NCBI GenBank assembly: GCA_044358025.1
Contig: JBIKOK010000004.1
Span: forward strand, 853 to 64,852
Direction: 5' to 3'
DNA: 64,000 nucleotides
Source: Opitutaceae bacterium
GTDB taxonomy: Bacteria > Verrucomicrobiota > Verrucomicrobiia > Opitutales > Opitutaceae
Under the pieces are notes generated by a model. That model was given only the letters and a program-made list of their open reading frames with translations, did no database searches and was not told where the DNA came from. Made by a program: the position numbers and the translations under genes. Positions 27,332-36,990 of this stretch are shown here, piece after piece (within the stretch, counting starts at the first letter, position 1; each line of letters starts with the position of its first letter).

Positions 27332-28768
27332 ATGCGCACCACGATTTCATTCCTCGCGTTCCTGTTCGCCGCGTCCCTCTCCGCCGCCGCTCCCGCGCGT
27401 CCCAACATTATCCACGTCATGGCCGACGACCTCGGCTGGGGCGAAACCGGTTACAACGGCCACCCGCAGCTCCACACGCCCGTGCTCGACGAACTCGCGC
27501 GCACCGCGCTGCGCCTTGACCGGTTCTACGCCGCGTCGCCGGTCTGCTCGCCCACGCGCGCGAGCGTGATGACCGGCCGCCACGCGAACCGCTCCGGCGC
27601 CTTCTCGCCCAACATGTCGACCCGCCCCGAGGAAATCACCGTCGCACGCATCCTGAAGGATGCCGGCTACCGCACCGGCCACTTCGGGAAGTGGCACCTC
27701 GGCGCCGTGAAAAAGGAATCGCCCCTCAACCCCGGCCGCATGGGCTTCGACGAGTTTCTATCTCACGACAATTTTTTCGAAATGAACCCGCCGCTTTCGC
27801 GCAACGGCGCGCCCCCGCAGATCGTGCCGGGCGAGAGCTCCGTCGTCGTCGTCGATGCCGCGATCGATTTTCTCCGGCGCGGGCGGGCCGCACGGGAGCA
27901 GAAGCCGTTCTTCCTCGTCGTCTGGTTCGGCTCACCGCACGGCCCTTACTCCGGGCTGCCGGAGGACATCGCGCGCTACGCCGCGCACCCCAACCCCGAG
28001 ATGCGTGCCCGCTTCGCCGAAATTACGGCAATGGACCGCGCCATCGGATCCCTCCGCGCCGCGCTGCGCGAGCTCGGCCTCGCCGACAACACGCTCCTTT
28101 GGTTCAACTCCGACAACGGCAGCCCCATCGCGAAGGAGGCCGACTCGTTCAGCGGCGGCTGGCGCGGCCGCAAGGGCGAGGTCTACGAGGGTGGCCTGCG
28201 CGTGCCCGGCCTCGTCGAGTGGCCCGCGGTCATCAAGACCCCTCGCGCGTCGTCCGTCCCCGTCGTCACCTCGGATTTTCTGCCGACCGTGCTGGATCTC
28301 GTCGGCGTGAAACATCCCGCGCCCTCGCGCCCGCTCGACGGCATCAGCCTGCGCCGCCTGCTCGTCGACGGCACGATGACCGAGCGCCCCTCGCCGATCG
28401 GTTTTTGGCGTTACGCCTCACAGGGCGAAAACAAAAACGGCCGCTGGCTGCCCGAGGACGTCTCGCGCGGCACCACACCGACGACGAAGCAGGCGAATAT
28501 TCTCTTTCAAAACTACAAACACCCGGTCGCCAAGACCGCCGACTTCGGCGGCGATGCCGCGTGGACGGACAACCGCTACAAACTCCTCCTTGGCGAATCG
28601 CGCCGCGACAAACGCGGTCAGCGCACGGAGCTCTTCGACCTCCTCGCCGATCCCAAGGAAACCAAGGACATCGCCGCCGCGCATCCCGACATCGTGCGTC
28701 GCATGACCGACGAGCTGCAGGGCTGGCAACGCTCCGTCGAGCGCAGCCTGAGCGGCGCGGACTACTGA
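27332..28768 (+). CDS. Cys-type sulfatase (family S1)
   Basis: Leader MRTTISFLAFLFAASLSAAA. PNIIHVMADDLGWGE and CSPTRASVMTGR. C-terminal ELFDLLADPKETKDIAAAHPDIV. Confidence 0.9.
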   Translation: MRTTISFLAFLFAASLSAAAPARPNIIHVMADDLGWGETGYNGHPQLHTPVLDELARTALRLDRFYAASPVCSPTRASVMTGRHANRSGAFSPNMSTRPEEITVARILKDAGYRTGHFGKWHLGAVKKESPLNPGRMGFDEFLSHDNFFEMNPPLSRNGAPPQIVPGESSVVVVDAAIDFLRRGRAAREQKPFFLVVWFGSPHGPYSGLPEDIARYAAHPNPEMRARFAEITAMDRAIGSLRAALRELGLADNTLLWFNSDNGSPIAKEADSFSGGWRGRKGEVYEGGLRVPGLVEWPAVIKTPRASSVPVVTSDFLPTVLDLVGVKHPAPSRPLDGISLRRLLVDGTMTERPSPIGFWRYASQGENKNGRWLPEDVSRGTTPTTKQANILFQNYKHPVAKTADFGGDAAWTDNRYKLLLGESRRDKRGQRTELFDLLADPKETKDIAAAHPDIVRRMTDELQGWQRSVERSLSGADY

Positions 28769-28950
28769 GCCGCCGACTCGGAAGAGAGGGGCCCGCTCGC
28801 GGGCGATTTCGTGGCAGGGGCCCGAAATCCCGCACCATCCCCAGCGATCCCGCGCAAGCGTGCTCTTACCGCACGCATTTTCGCCGCCCTGCGCGCGGCG
28901 CTTGCCTCGCCGCACCGTCGCGCGAAGATCCGGTCCCCCCCACCCCGCCC

Positions 28951-31947
28951 ATGCCCCCTACACCTCGCGCCGGCCTCCCGATCCTGCAGCACTCCACCGC
29001 GCTGCTCGCGCTCGCTCTCCTCCTCACGACCGCGCGCGCCGCCACCATCACCGGCTCCGTCCTCCACTCCGCCCGCGGCGAATACCTCGCCAACGCCGAG
29101 GTGCGCATCGCCGGCACCGCTCTCACCACCACCACCGAGCGCGACGGTTCCTACCGCCTCGCCAACGTCCCCGCCGGCACGCACACCCTCACCGTCACCT
29201 ACACCGGACTGCGCACCGAACGCACCACCCTCACCGTCGACTCCGAGGCCACCGCACGGCGTGACTTCGAACTGACCTCACTCGTGGCCGAGACCGCCAC
29301 CGCCCCGGGCGCCAGCGTGCAGAAACTCGACGCCTTCGTCGTCCGCTCCGAACGCGAGGGCAACGCCAAGGCCCTCATGGAACAGCGCCGCTCGATGAAT
29401 CTCTCCAACAGCCTCTCGTCGGACGTTTTTGGTGACGTCGCCGAGGGCAGCGTCGGCGAATTCCTGAAAAACGTCCCCGGCGTCGACGTCGACTACGTCG
29501 GCCCCGATGCCCGCGGCCCGCGCCTCCGCGGACTCGATCCCCAATACGTCGGCGTAAGCGTCGACGGCATGACGCTCGCCAGCGCCGACGGCTCGCAAGC
29601 CCTCGGCGGCGGCGCGCGCTCCTTCAGCTTCGACCAGGTCTCCGTCAACAGCCTCGATCGCATCGAGGTCAACTACACCACCGGCGCCGACCAGGACGCC
29701 GACGCGCCCGCGGGCACGATCAATCTCAAGACGAAGCGCGCCTTCGAGCGCAAGGGCCGCCGCCTCTCGTGGCAGGTCAACGTCATGGCCAACGGCGAAC
29801 GCTTCGACTGGCGCCGCACCTACGGCCCGAGCGACGTGCGCACCCCCAAATTCCGCCCCGGCGCCATCCTCGAGTATTCCGACGTGTTTTTCCGCAACCG
29901 CCTCGGCCTCGTGTTCAACCTCAGCGAGTCCAACCAATACGTCGTCCAGAGCCGCGTCGACCACACCTACAACGCCGCGACCACCCCGACCGACCCGCGC
30001 CCGCGCGTCCTCACCAACGTCACCGCGATCACCAACCCGCGCTTCACCGAGCGCTTCACGCCTTCGCTCACGCTCGACTGGAAGGCCACCCCCTCGCTCG
30101 CCCTCTCCCTCAGTGCGATGTATAATTACTTCGATGCCTTCATCGACAGCCGCTCCGCCGCGTTCAGCGTGCCGGGTGGGCGCGCCACAGTCACCGGCGA
30201 CGGGCTGAATCACTTCACGTTCAACAACGCCCAGGTCGCGCTCTCCACCAACCACGAGCACAAATACGCGCAGACCCGCACGGTCACGCCCAAGTTCGAA
30301 TTTCGCCGCGGGGCCTGGCTGGTGGACGGCGGCCTGCACTACACCATCTCGACCAACCAATACGTCGCCCTCCCCCGCGTCGGCCCGCAGACCCTCACCA
30401 CCGCCGCGCTCACCGGCCTCACGCTCCAGCTCCGCCGCTCCGCCCTCAACGACGTCGATTGGCAAATCATGCAGACCGCCGGCCGCGACCTCAGCGACCT
30501 GGCGAACTTCACCAATCCGCGCCTCGCCGATGATGCGCGCTTCTCCGAGCAGGAGGTCTACCAGGGCCAGGCCAACGTCCGTTGGAACGCGCCGTGGCGC
30601 CTGCCCACGTGGCTCAAATTCGGCGCCAAGGCCACCGAGGACTACCACCGCTTCCGCAACCCCAACGCCGCGCTCACCTGGCGCTACGACGGCCCCGGCG
30701 GCGGCCCGACGGGAAGCTTCGCCCCCCTCGCCTTCCCCGACAACCGCTGGCGCCTCGAGAACGGCCTCAACGTCACCTCGCTCTCCGGCTCGCCGCCCGT
30801 GTTTCCGAACCGCCCCGGGATCGCGACGCTCTTCCGTGAGCAACCCGCGCTGTTCACCGACCTCGCGACACCGGCGAATTTCTACACCGCCTACATCAAC
30901 AACACGAGTTACATCAAGGAGACGCGCCTCGCCGGCTTCGGTCTCGCCAACGTCCGCCTCGGCCGCGTGCAGCTCCAAGGCGGCCTGCGTTGGGAGGAAA
31001 ACGAAATCGCGATCCGCGAATTCCAGCAGCGCAGCGCCGCCGCCGTGCGCACCGCGGGCTTCGTCGTCACGCCCGCCACCGGCCGCGCCACCACGGTCGA
31101 GGGCCTCAGCTACCAGTTCATGAGCCTGCCGAAAGTCGTGCGCACCTCCGCCTACGACAATCTCTTCCCCTCCGTCAGCGCCAAACTCCACCTGAGCGAA
31201 AACTTCCAGGCCCACCTCGGCTACAGCTCCACCCTCTCCCGGCCCGCCCTCGGCAACCTCGGCGGCGTCCTCGAGTTCAACGAGTCCACCCTCGTCGCCA
31301 ACGTCCCCAACCCCGACCTGCTGCCCGAGCGCTCCCGGAATTTCTCCGGCCGCCTCGCCTACTACTTCGAGCCCGTCGGCAACCTCGCGCTCACCCTCTT
31401 CCAAAACGACATCTCCGACAGCGTCACGTCGCAGGAGTTTCCCGCCTCGGCCTTCGGCTTCGAAGACGATCCGCTCTACTCCACCTACCGCTTCGTCTCC
31501 ACCGGCAACCGCCCCGGCAGCCTGCGCGTCCGCGGCGGCACGATCGAATACAGCCAGGCGCTCTCTTTCCTCCCCGGCCTGCTCAAGGGCCTCAACGCCT
31601 CCGCCAGCTACACGCGCACCTACGCCAGCGCACGTCGCGCCGCGATGACGCCCCACATGATCGGCGGAACGCTGAGCTACCGCCACCGCGGCCTCACCTT
31701 CGGCGTCGCCGGCAAGTGGACCGACGCCACGCCGTTCTCCACCACCGGCGTCATCAGCTACCGCAAAGCCCGCACGATGATCGACCTCAACGGCGGCTAC
31801 CAACTCACCGCGCGCACCGGCCTTTTTTTCCAGGTAAGAAACCTCTTCAACATCGCCGAATACCGCTACCAGATCGATCCCAGCTACCTGACCTCGGACA
31901 CGCGCGTCGGCACGTTCTACACGTTCGGGCTCAAGGGCGTGTTCTGA
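28951..31947 (+). CDS. TonB-dependent outer-membrane receptor (more divergent paralogue)
   Basis: Internal ATG at 28951 (MPPTPRAGLPILQHSTALLALALLLTTARA). CarbopepD_reg-like block ATITGSVLHSARGE...RDGSYRLANVPAG. Plug block GEFLKNVPGVDVDYVG. C-terminus FYTFGLKGVF. The 1418-aa track ORF from 27691 is an out-of-frame read through the sulfatase gene. Confidence 0.88.
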   Translation: MPPTPRAGLPILQHSTALLALALLLTTARAATITGSVLHSARGEYLANAEVRIAGTALTTTTERDGSYRLANVPAGTHTLTVTYTGLRTERTTLTVDSEATARRDFELTSLVAETATAPGASVQKLDAFVVRSEREGNAKALMEQRRSMNLSNSLSSDVFGDVAEGSVGEFLKNVPGVDVDYVGPDARGPRLRGLDPQYVGVSVDGMTLASADGSQALGGGARSFSFDQVSVNSLDRIEVNYTTGADQDADAPAGTINLKTKRAFERKGRRLSWQVNVMANGERFDWRRTYGPSDVRTPKFRPGAILEYSDVFFRNRLGLVFNLSESNQYVVQSRVDHTYNAATTPTDPRPRVLTNVTAITNPRFTERFTPSLTLDWKATPSLALSLSAMYNYFDAFIDSRSAAFSVPGGRATVTGDGLNHFTFNNAQVALSTNHEHKYAQTRTVTPKFEFRRGAWLVDGGLHYTISTNQYVALPRVGPQTLTTAALTGLTLQLRRSALNDVDWQIMQTAGRDLSDLANFTNPRLADDARFSEQEVYQGQANVRWNAPWRLPTWLKFGAKATEDYHRFRNPNAALTWRYDGPGGGPTGSFAPLAFPDNRWRLENGLNVTSLSGSPPVFPNRPGIATLFREQPALFTDLATPANFYTAYINNTSYIKETRLAGFGLANVRLGRVQLQGGLRWEENEIAIREFQQRSAAAVRTAGFVVTPATGRATTVEGLSYQFMSLPKVVRTSAYDNLFPSVSAKLHLSENFQAHLGYSSTLSRPALGNLGGVLEFNESTLVANVPNPDLLPERSRNFSGRLAYYFEPVGNLALTLFQNDISDSVTSQEFPASAFGFEDDPLYSTYRFVSTGNRPGSLRVRGGTIEYSQALSFLPGLLKGLNASASYTRTYASARRAAMTPHMIGGTLSYRHRGLTFGVAGKWTDATPFSTTGVISYRKARTMIDLNGGYQLTARTGLFFQVRNLFNIAEYRYQIDPSYLTSDTRVGTFYTFGLKGVF

Positions 31948-32327
31948 GCCGCGCCGCCCTATCAATCGCTGCATAATTTCGTGCGCTCAAATGGGTCTTC
32001 GCCATTCGAAGAAATTGCGCGACCGCGCGTCGTCGCCGCAACCGAAGCCAATCTTTGGCCCGGAGGACACGGAGTAAGGCCACCGAACTTTCTGCCGGTG
32101 TGCCCGCTCTGTGTCCTCCGTGCATCCTCCGTGCCCTCTGTGACAAAAAAATCATACACGAACTTTCTCAAAGATTGATCGTCCGCGTACACTTGTCGCA
32201 CCTTGAGTCCGTTTCGTTTTTGATCTTCCCCTTCGCTGCGGCCGCGTATCGGCCACAGCCTGCCAGCCGCAGTTTCTTCTTCTGTTTCCGCCGCGGGGGC
32301 GGCAGAAACCAATCACCCAACCCCACC

Positions 32328-35300
32328 ATGAGCTCGTCCCGTTTCACCGCCCTCCTTTGCTTCTTCGCGTCCCTGCTGGCCGTTGCGCCCGCCGCCGAAC
32401 CCACCGGCTTCATCACCGGTCGCGTCCAAAACACCGATACCGGCCAATACGTGAACAACGCCCGCGTGGCCGTCCGCGGCACCAACCTCGTTGTCCTCAC
32501 CGACGAGACCGGCACCTTCCGCCTCTCCTCCGTGCCCGCCGGCGAGATCGTCCTCGAAATCTTCTTCACCGGCCTCGACCCTCTCCGCACCCCGGTCACC
32601 GTCGCCGCCGGCCAGACGCTCGAGCGCGACTTCGAACTCGGCCGCGCCCCGCGCCGCGCTCCTGCCGGCGAGGTCGTGAAACTCGACTCGTTCGTCACCT
32701 CCGCCTCGCGCGAGATGGACGGCGCGGCCATCGCCATCAACGAACAACGCTTCGCCGCCAACATCGTCACCGTCGTCGCCGCCGACGAATTCGGCGTCGT
32801 GCCCGACGGCAATATCGGCGAATTCCTCAAAATGCTTCCCGGAATCACGATGGATTATCGGGGCGGCGACCCGCGGGAAATTTCGATGAACGGCGTCTCG
32901 TCGGCCAATGTGCCCGTGACCATCGGCGGCTTCGCGCTCGCATCGTCCGAGGTCTCCGGCGCGGGCCGCAACGTCGAGCTCAACGCCATCTCGATCAACA
33001 ATCTCTCCCGCATCGAGGCCGTCTACTCGCCGACGCCCGAGACGCCCGGCTCGGCCCTCGCCGGCTCGGTCAACATGATCCCGCGCTCCGCCTTCGAGCG
33101 TTCACGGCCGATCTTCAACGGCTCCGTCTACCTCGCCGCGCGCGACAGTTCCCTCGAGGGCCGCACCGAGGGCCCCGCGCGCGAGCCCACCTGGAAGGTC
33201 CGCCCCGGCTTCGAGTTTTCCTGGATCGTGCCGGTAAACAAACGCTTCGGCTTCACCGTTTCCGCCGGCGCCTCCACCCAATACGTCGAGGGCCCGCTCC
33301 TGCAGAATACCTGGCGCGGCGCCGGCACCGCGACCAACGGCACGACCTTCCCCGACACCACGCCGGACCGCCCCTACCGCAGCGATTTTCTCGTCCGCAT
33401 CGAATCCAAGATCGCCGACCGCACCTCCTTCGCCACCACCGTGGACTACAAACTCAGCCCGACCGATCGGTTCTCGTTTTCGCTCCAATCCGGCACGTTC
33501 CACACCGACTTCAACCAGCGCTCGATCACGTTCTCGGTCGGTGGCACGGGCGCGGGAAATTTTTCCCCGGCGTTCACCCGCGGCACGACCGGCGCCGGCG
33601 AGGTGCGGCTCTCCAACGGCGGCAACCACCGCTACTCACGCACCTTCATGCCCACGCTTTCCTGGCGGCACGACGGCCCGCTCTGGAAAATGGAAACCGG
33701 CCTCGGCTCCTCCCACGCGCAAAACGAGTTTCGCAGCGTGGACAAGGGCCGCTTCGCCAGCACCCTCGCGCGCCGCACGGGCGTCACGGTTTCCTTCGCC
33801 GACAATTTCTACCTGCGCCCCAATACCATCACGGTGACCGACGGCGCGACCGGCGCAGCCGTCGATCCGTTCAACATTGCCACCTACGCGCTCAGCACCG
33901 CCGGCGCCAGCCCGCAACGCTCGCGCAACGTCCAGAACACCGCCTACGCCAATATCCGCCGCGATTTCAATCCGGGCTTTCCGCTCACGCTCAAGGGCGG
34001 TCTCGATGCCCGCTCGTCCCGCAGTGACAACCGCACGCAAAACCTCGCCGTCAACTTCGTCGGTCCCGACGGTCGCGCCTCGACCACGCCCCTCGGCAGT
34101 GACGACAGCGCCGCGGCCGTCTACGACAATTTCTACTACCAGCGCGCCGGCTTGTTTGGCGTGCCGCGCGTCCAGTGGGTCAGCAACGAGACCGTGCTCG
34201 ACGTCTATCGCGCCAACCCGGCGTGGTTCACGTCCGACGAAAACGCGCGCTACCGCGCCGAGGTCAATGCCTCCCGCCTCTCCAAAGAGATCATCTCGTC
34301 CGCCTATCTCCGTGCCGACGCGCAATTCCTCGACCGCCGCCTGAAGCTCACCGGCGGCGTGCGCGCCGAGCAGACCAACATCACCGCCAGCGGATCACTC
34401 AGCGATCCAACGCGCAACTTTCAGCGCGACGCCGCCGGCCGCGTCGTCACGGTCGCCGCCCCCACGCCCGCCAATCCCAACGCGCGCACGCCCGCCCTCA
34501 TTTTTCCCGCCACCCCGGCCAACGCCCTCGCCCTCTCGCAGCTCACGCTCCTCGACCGCGCGACGAAGGTGGAGAAGGAATACCTCCGCTGGTTCCCCAG
34601 CCTCAACGCCGGCTACAATCTCCGCGAAAACCTGATCGTCCGCGCCGCCACCTACACCTCCGTCGGCCGGCCCGCCTTCACCCAATACTCCGGCGGCGTC
34701 ACCTTGCCGAACCTCGAAGCGCCCGCGGATGCCTTGACCAACCGCATCACCGTCAACAACGCCGGCATCAAGCCGTGGACAGCCAAATCCACGAAGGTCT
34801 CGCTCGAATATTATTTTGAGCGCGTGGGCCAGATCTCCGTCGGTGCGTTCCGCCGCGACATCCGGAATTTCTTCGGCCAGACGACCTTTGACGCCACGCC
34901 GGAATTCCTCGCGCTCTACGGGCTCGACCCCGTGCTCTACGATCCCTTCACCGTCGCCACCCAGGAAAACCTTCAGACCTCCGTGCGCATGACCGGCATC
35001 GATGTGAACTACCGCCAGGCGCTGACCTTTCTCCCCCGCTGGGCGCGCGGCGTGCAGATCTTCGCCAACGGCAGCGCCCAACGCGTGATCGGCGATGCCG
35101 CCACCAATTTCAACGGCTACATCCCGCGCACCGGCAGCTGGGGCATCAGCCTCTCGCGCGAGCGCTACAACGTCCGCCTCAACTGGAACTACCTCGGCCG
35201 CCAGCGTCGCGGTATCGTCACCGGTCGCGGCATCGAGCCGGGCACCTACACGTGGGGCAGCAAACGCAGCTACATCGACCTCACCGGCGAGTATTCCCTC

Positions 35301-35456
35301 ACGCGCCGCCTCTCGCTCTTCGCGAATCTCCGCAACATCAACGACCCGACCGACGACGTGGAAATCCACGGCCCCACGACCCCCGCCGAAGCCCATTTCC
35401 GCCAGCGCGCCGAGTTCGGCTCCCTCTGGACCCTCGGCCTCAAAGGCACCTTCTGA
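32328..35456 (+). CDS. TonB-dependent outer-membrane receptor (paralogue of 14506 and 17709)
   Basis: Internal ATG at 32328 (MSSSRFTALLCFFASLLAVAPAAEP). Blocks GFITGRVQNTDTG...TDETGTFRLSSVPAG and AIAINEQRFAANI. C-terminus FGSLWTLGLKGTF. Confidence 0.9.
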   Translation: MSSSRFTALLCFFASLLAVAPAAEPTGFITGRVQNTDTGQYVNNARVAVRGTNLVVLTDETGTFRLSSVPAGEIVLEIFFTGLDPLRTPVTVAAGQTLERDFELGRAPRRAPAGEVVKLDSFVTSASREMDGAAIAINEQRFAANIVTVVAADEFGVVPDGNIGEFLKMLPGITMDYRGGDPREISMNGVSSANVPVTIGGFALASSEVSGAGRNVELNAISINNLSRIEAVYSPTPETPGSALAGSVNMIPRSAFERSRPIFNGSVYLAARDSSLEGRTEGPAREPTWKVRPGFEFSWIVPVNKRFGFTVSAGASTQYVEGPLLQNTWRGAGTATNGTTFPDTTPDRPYRSDFLVRIESKIADRTSFATTVDYKLSPTDRFSFSLQSGTFHTDFNQRSITFSVGGTGAGNFSPAFTRGTTGAGEVRLSNGGNHRYSRTFMPTLSWRHDGPLWKMETGLGSSHAQNEFRSVDKGRFASTLARRTGVTVSFADNFYLRPNTITVTDGATGAAVDPFNIATYALSTAGASPQRSRNVQNTAYANIRRDFNPGFPLTLKGGLDARSSRSDNRTQNLAVNFVGPDGRASTTPLGSDDSAAAVYDNFYYQRAGLFGVPRVQWVSNETVLDVYRANPAWFTSDENARYRAEVNASRLSKEIISSAYLRADAQFLDRRLKLTGGVRAEQTNITASGSLSDPTRNFQRDAAGRVVTVAAPTPANPNARTPALIFPATPANALALSQLTLLDRATKVEKEYLRWFPSLNAGYNLRENLIVRAATYTSVGRPAFTQYSGGVTLPNLEAPADALTNRITVNNAGIKPWTAKSTKVSLEYYFERVGQISVGAFRRDIRNFFGQTTFDATPEFLALYGLDPVLYDPFTVATQENLQTSVRMTGIDVNYRQALTFLPRWARGVQIFANGSAQRVIGDAATNFNGYIPRTGSWGISLSRERYNVRLNWNYLGRQRRGIVTGRGIEPGTYTWGSKRSYIDLTGEYSLTRRLSLFANLRNINDPTDDVEIHGPTTPAEAHFRQRAEFGSLWTLGLKGTF

Positions 35457-35457
35457 T

Positions 35458-35587
35458 TCCAATTCGCGATCAAGTTGAGACTAATCGGCCGGAAGGCAGG
35501 AGCCTGCATGCAGGCGGTTCAGCTCGCAGCCATCGCCTGCAAGCGGGCTCCTGCAAATCGCGTGAATCTCCTCTCGAAAGCGAGCGG
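35458..35587. repeat. ~130-bp hairpin-forming REP/MITE-like element, copy 2 (inverted relative to copy 1)
   Basis: It starts 2 nt after the TBDR stop. An internal inverted repeat pairs 35499..35518 with 35532..35551. It matches the reverse complement of 9769..9898. Confidence 0.85.
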
Positions 35588-35639
35588 GAATGAGCCGCAC
35601 CGCGGTAGTGGTGGAGTGGATTTTTTCCCGGCGAGATGG

Positions 35640-35700
35640 GCGGAGCGCGCCGGGGCGATCCAGCTGGATTGCCGGGGCGTCCGCGCCAGCGCAGGAACAC
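35640..35700. repeat. palindromic-core repeat element, degenerate copy 3
   Basis: It contains gcgatccagctggattgcc (35655..35672), the same 12-bp palindrome atccagctggat as copy 2. The flanks are only weakly similar. Confidence 0.4.
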
Positions 35701-36990
35701 TTTGGGGGGGGCATTGCGGGCATGCCTCGGGCGGCACTTGAAACTCAATCGGGCATGGAACGGATAACCGCAGACACAGATAGGCAGGGAGGACGCCGGT
35801 GAAAGGACGATCGGCGATCCACTCCCTCCGAACTCCGGGGCTCTGGCCTGGGTCGTGCAGCGCCTCCTTCCGCGGCCTTTGCTGCCTGCCTCAGCGTGGC
35901 CCCGAGCGCGCCGCGTGGATCCTCGGCGCAGCCGGCTGGGTCGAGTGAAAGATGCGCCACCCGACACTCGCGGTTTGGCCTTGAGCCAAAACTTGCATTA
36001 ACCCCAAACCTCCAAGCCTGACGCCGTTCGTGCCTGGAGTGCGGGCGCAGCTCAGGTGCGCGCCGGTCCGCACTGACGCCGAGGGCGTGGCCGCCGCCGC
36101 CGCGTGGTGGCGCGGACGGTGACGGTGCGGGGGGCGGGCAGGCTTTCGGCCGAGCGGCCCAAAGCGGGTGACCGTCCCTGTGGGCTCGCCTCCCTTTTCT
36201 CCAGGGCCGCCTGCCTCAAGCACGGAGTCGATGGAAATTTCCTATACGTGGGCAGCCGGGAACTGACTTCGTGGCCCATGGGGCCTGGTTCTCATCTCCG
36301 ATGGCGGGTTCGCCCCCTCGAAAATCGCCCAACGTCGCAAGGCAGAGCGAGTCGGTCGTCTCCCGGACTTGCCAGAGGGCGCGGGTATCACGCGCTCGCC
36401 GGGCCTGGGCCGCCGCCCCCCGACGCATCGGCTCCGCCGGCATTGGCCGGGCTGCAGCGTGCCGGCCCAGCGTGCGTCCAGGATATCGCAGAATCCACGA
36501 TACCCGGATCAAGGTTCACCCGATTGTAAGGTCGGGAATCGGACGATATATTTTGTCTCAAATGAGGCCGAGCAGCGTGAGTTACGTGATGAAAAAAAAC
36601 CCTGCTCCTTTCCACGGGAACCGTAATCGCGCCGCCGTCCCGCCGGTTTTCCCGGGCCCCGAGACGGGCGAAGGGCCGGCCCAATCCGCCTGGCTCCGCC
36701 AAGGTCTCCGGCCGGGCCTCCGGCGGCGGGTGCCGCGCAGGGTCGCGTATCCCGTCCACTCGCGGGCGGGCGGTGAGTGCGGCGATGACGCCGTTGCCAC
36801 CAAGGGCGTCGGGGGCGTGGGCCGGGGCCAACGGGTGCGCGCAGCGGCCGAGCACCGCGGTGTGGCGCCACCTTTTCCGCGTTGCTCCATTTTCGCCGCC
36901 CGCTGCGCCCGCGGGCCCGGTGTTCGTTGTCCGTCGGTCCTTAGCCCGTCGGCCTCCTCGGGGTCGTTTCAATTTGTGTGACCTCCCGCA

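Noticed and set aside
27691-28950. N-terminal extensions of track ORFs: 27691..31947 (1418 aa), 3505..5454, 14212..17658, 17454..20858, 20531..22444, 32055..35456 and 52896..55334.
   Set aside because: The extended parts are Arg/Pro-rich out-of-frame translations of the upstream gene or of spacer DNA. Each real gene has an internal start followed directly by a canonical signal peptide or family N-terminus.
36855-36885. Possible sigma-54 promoter (tggcgccaccttttccgcgttgct) upstream of the pseudopilin operon.
   Set aside because: The GG-to-GC spacing is about 20 nt instead of the required 12, so it does not fit the -24/-12 consensus.
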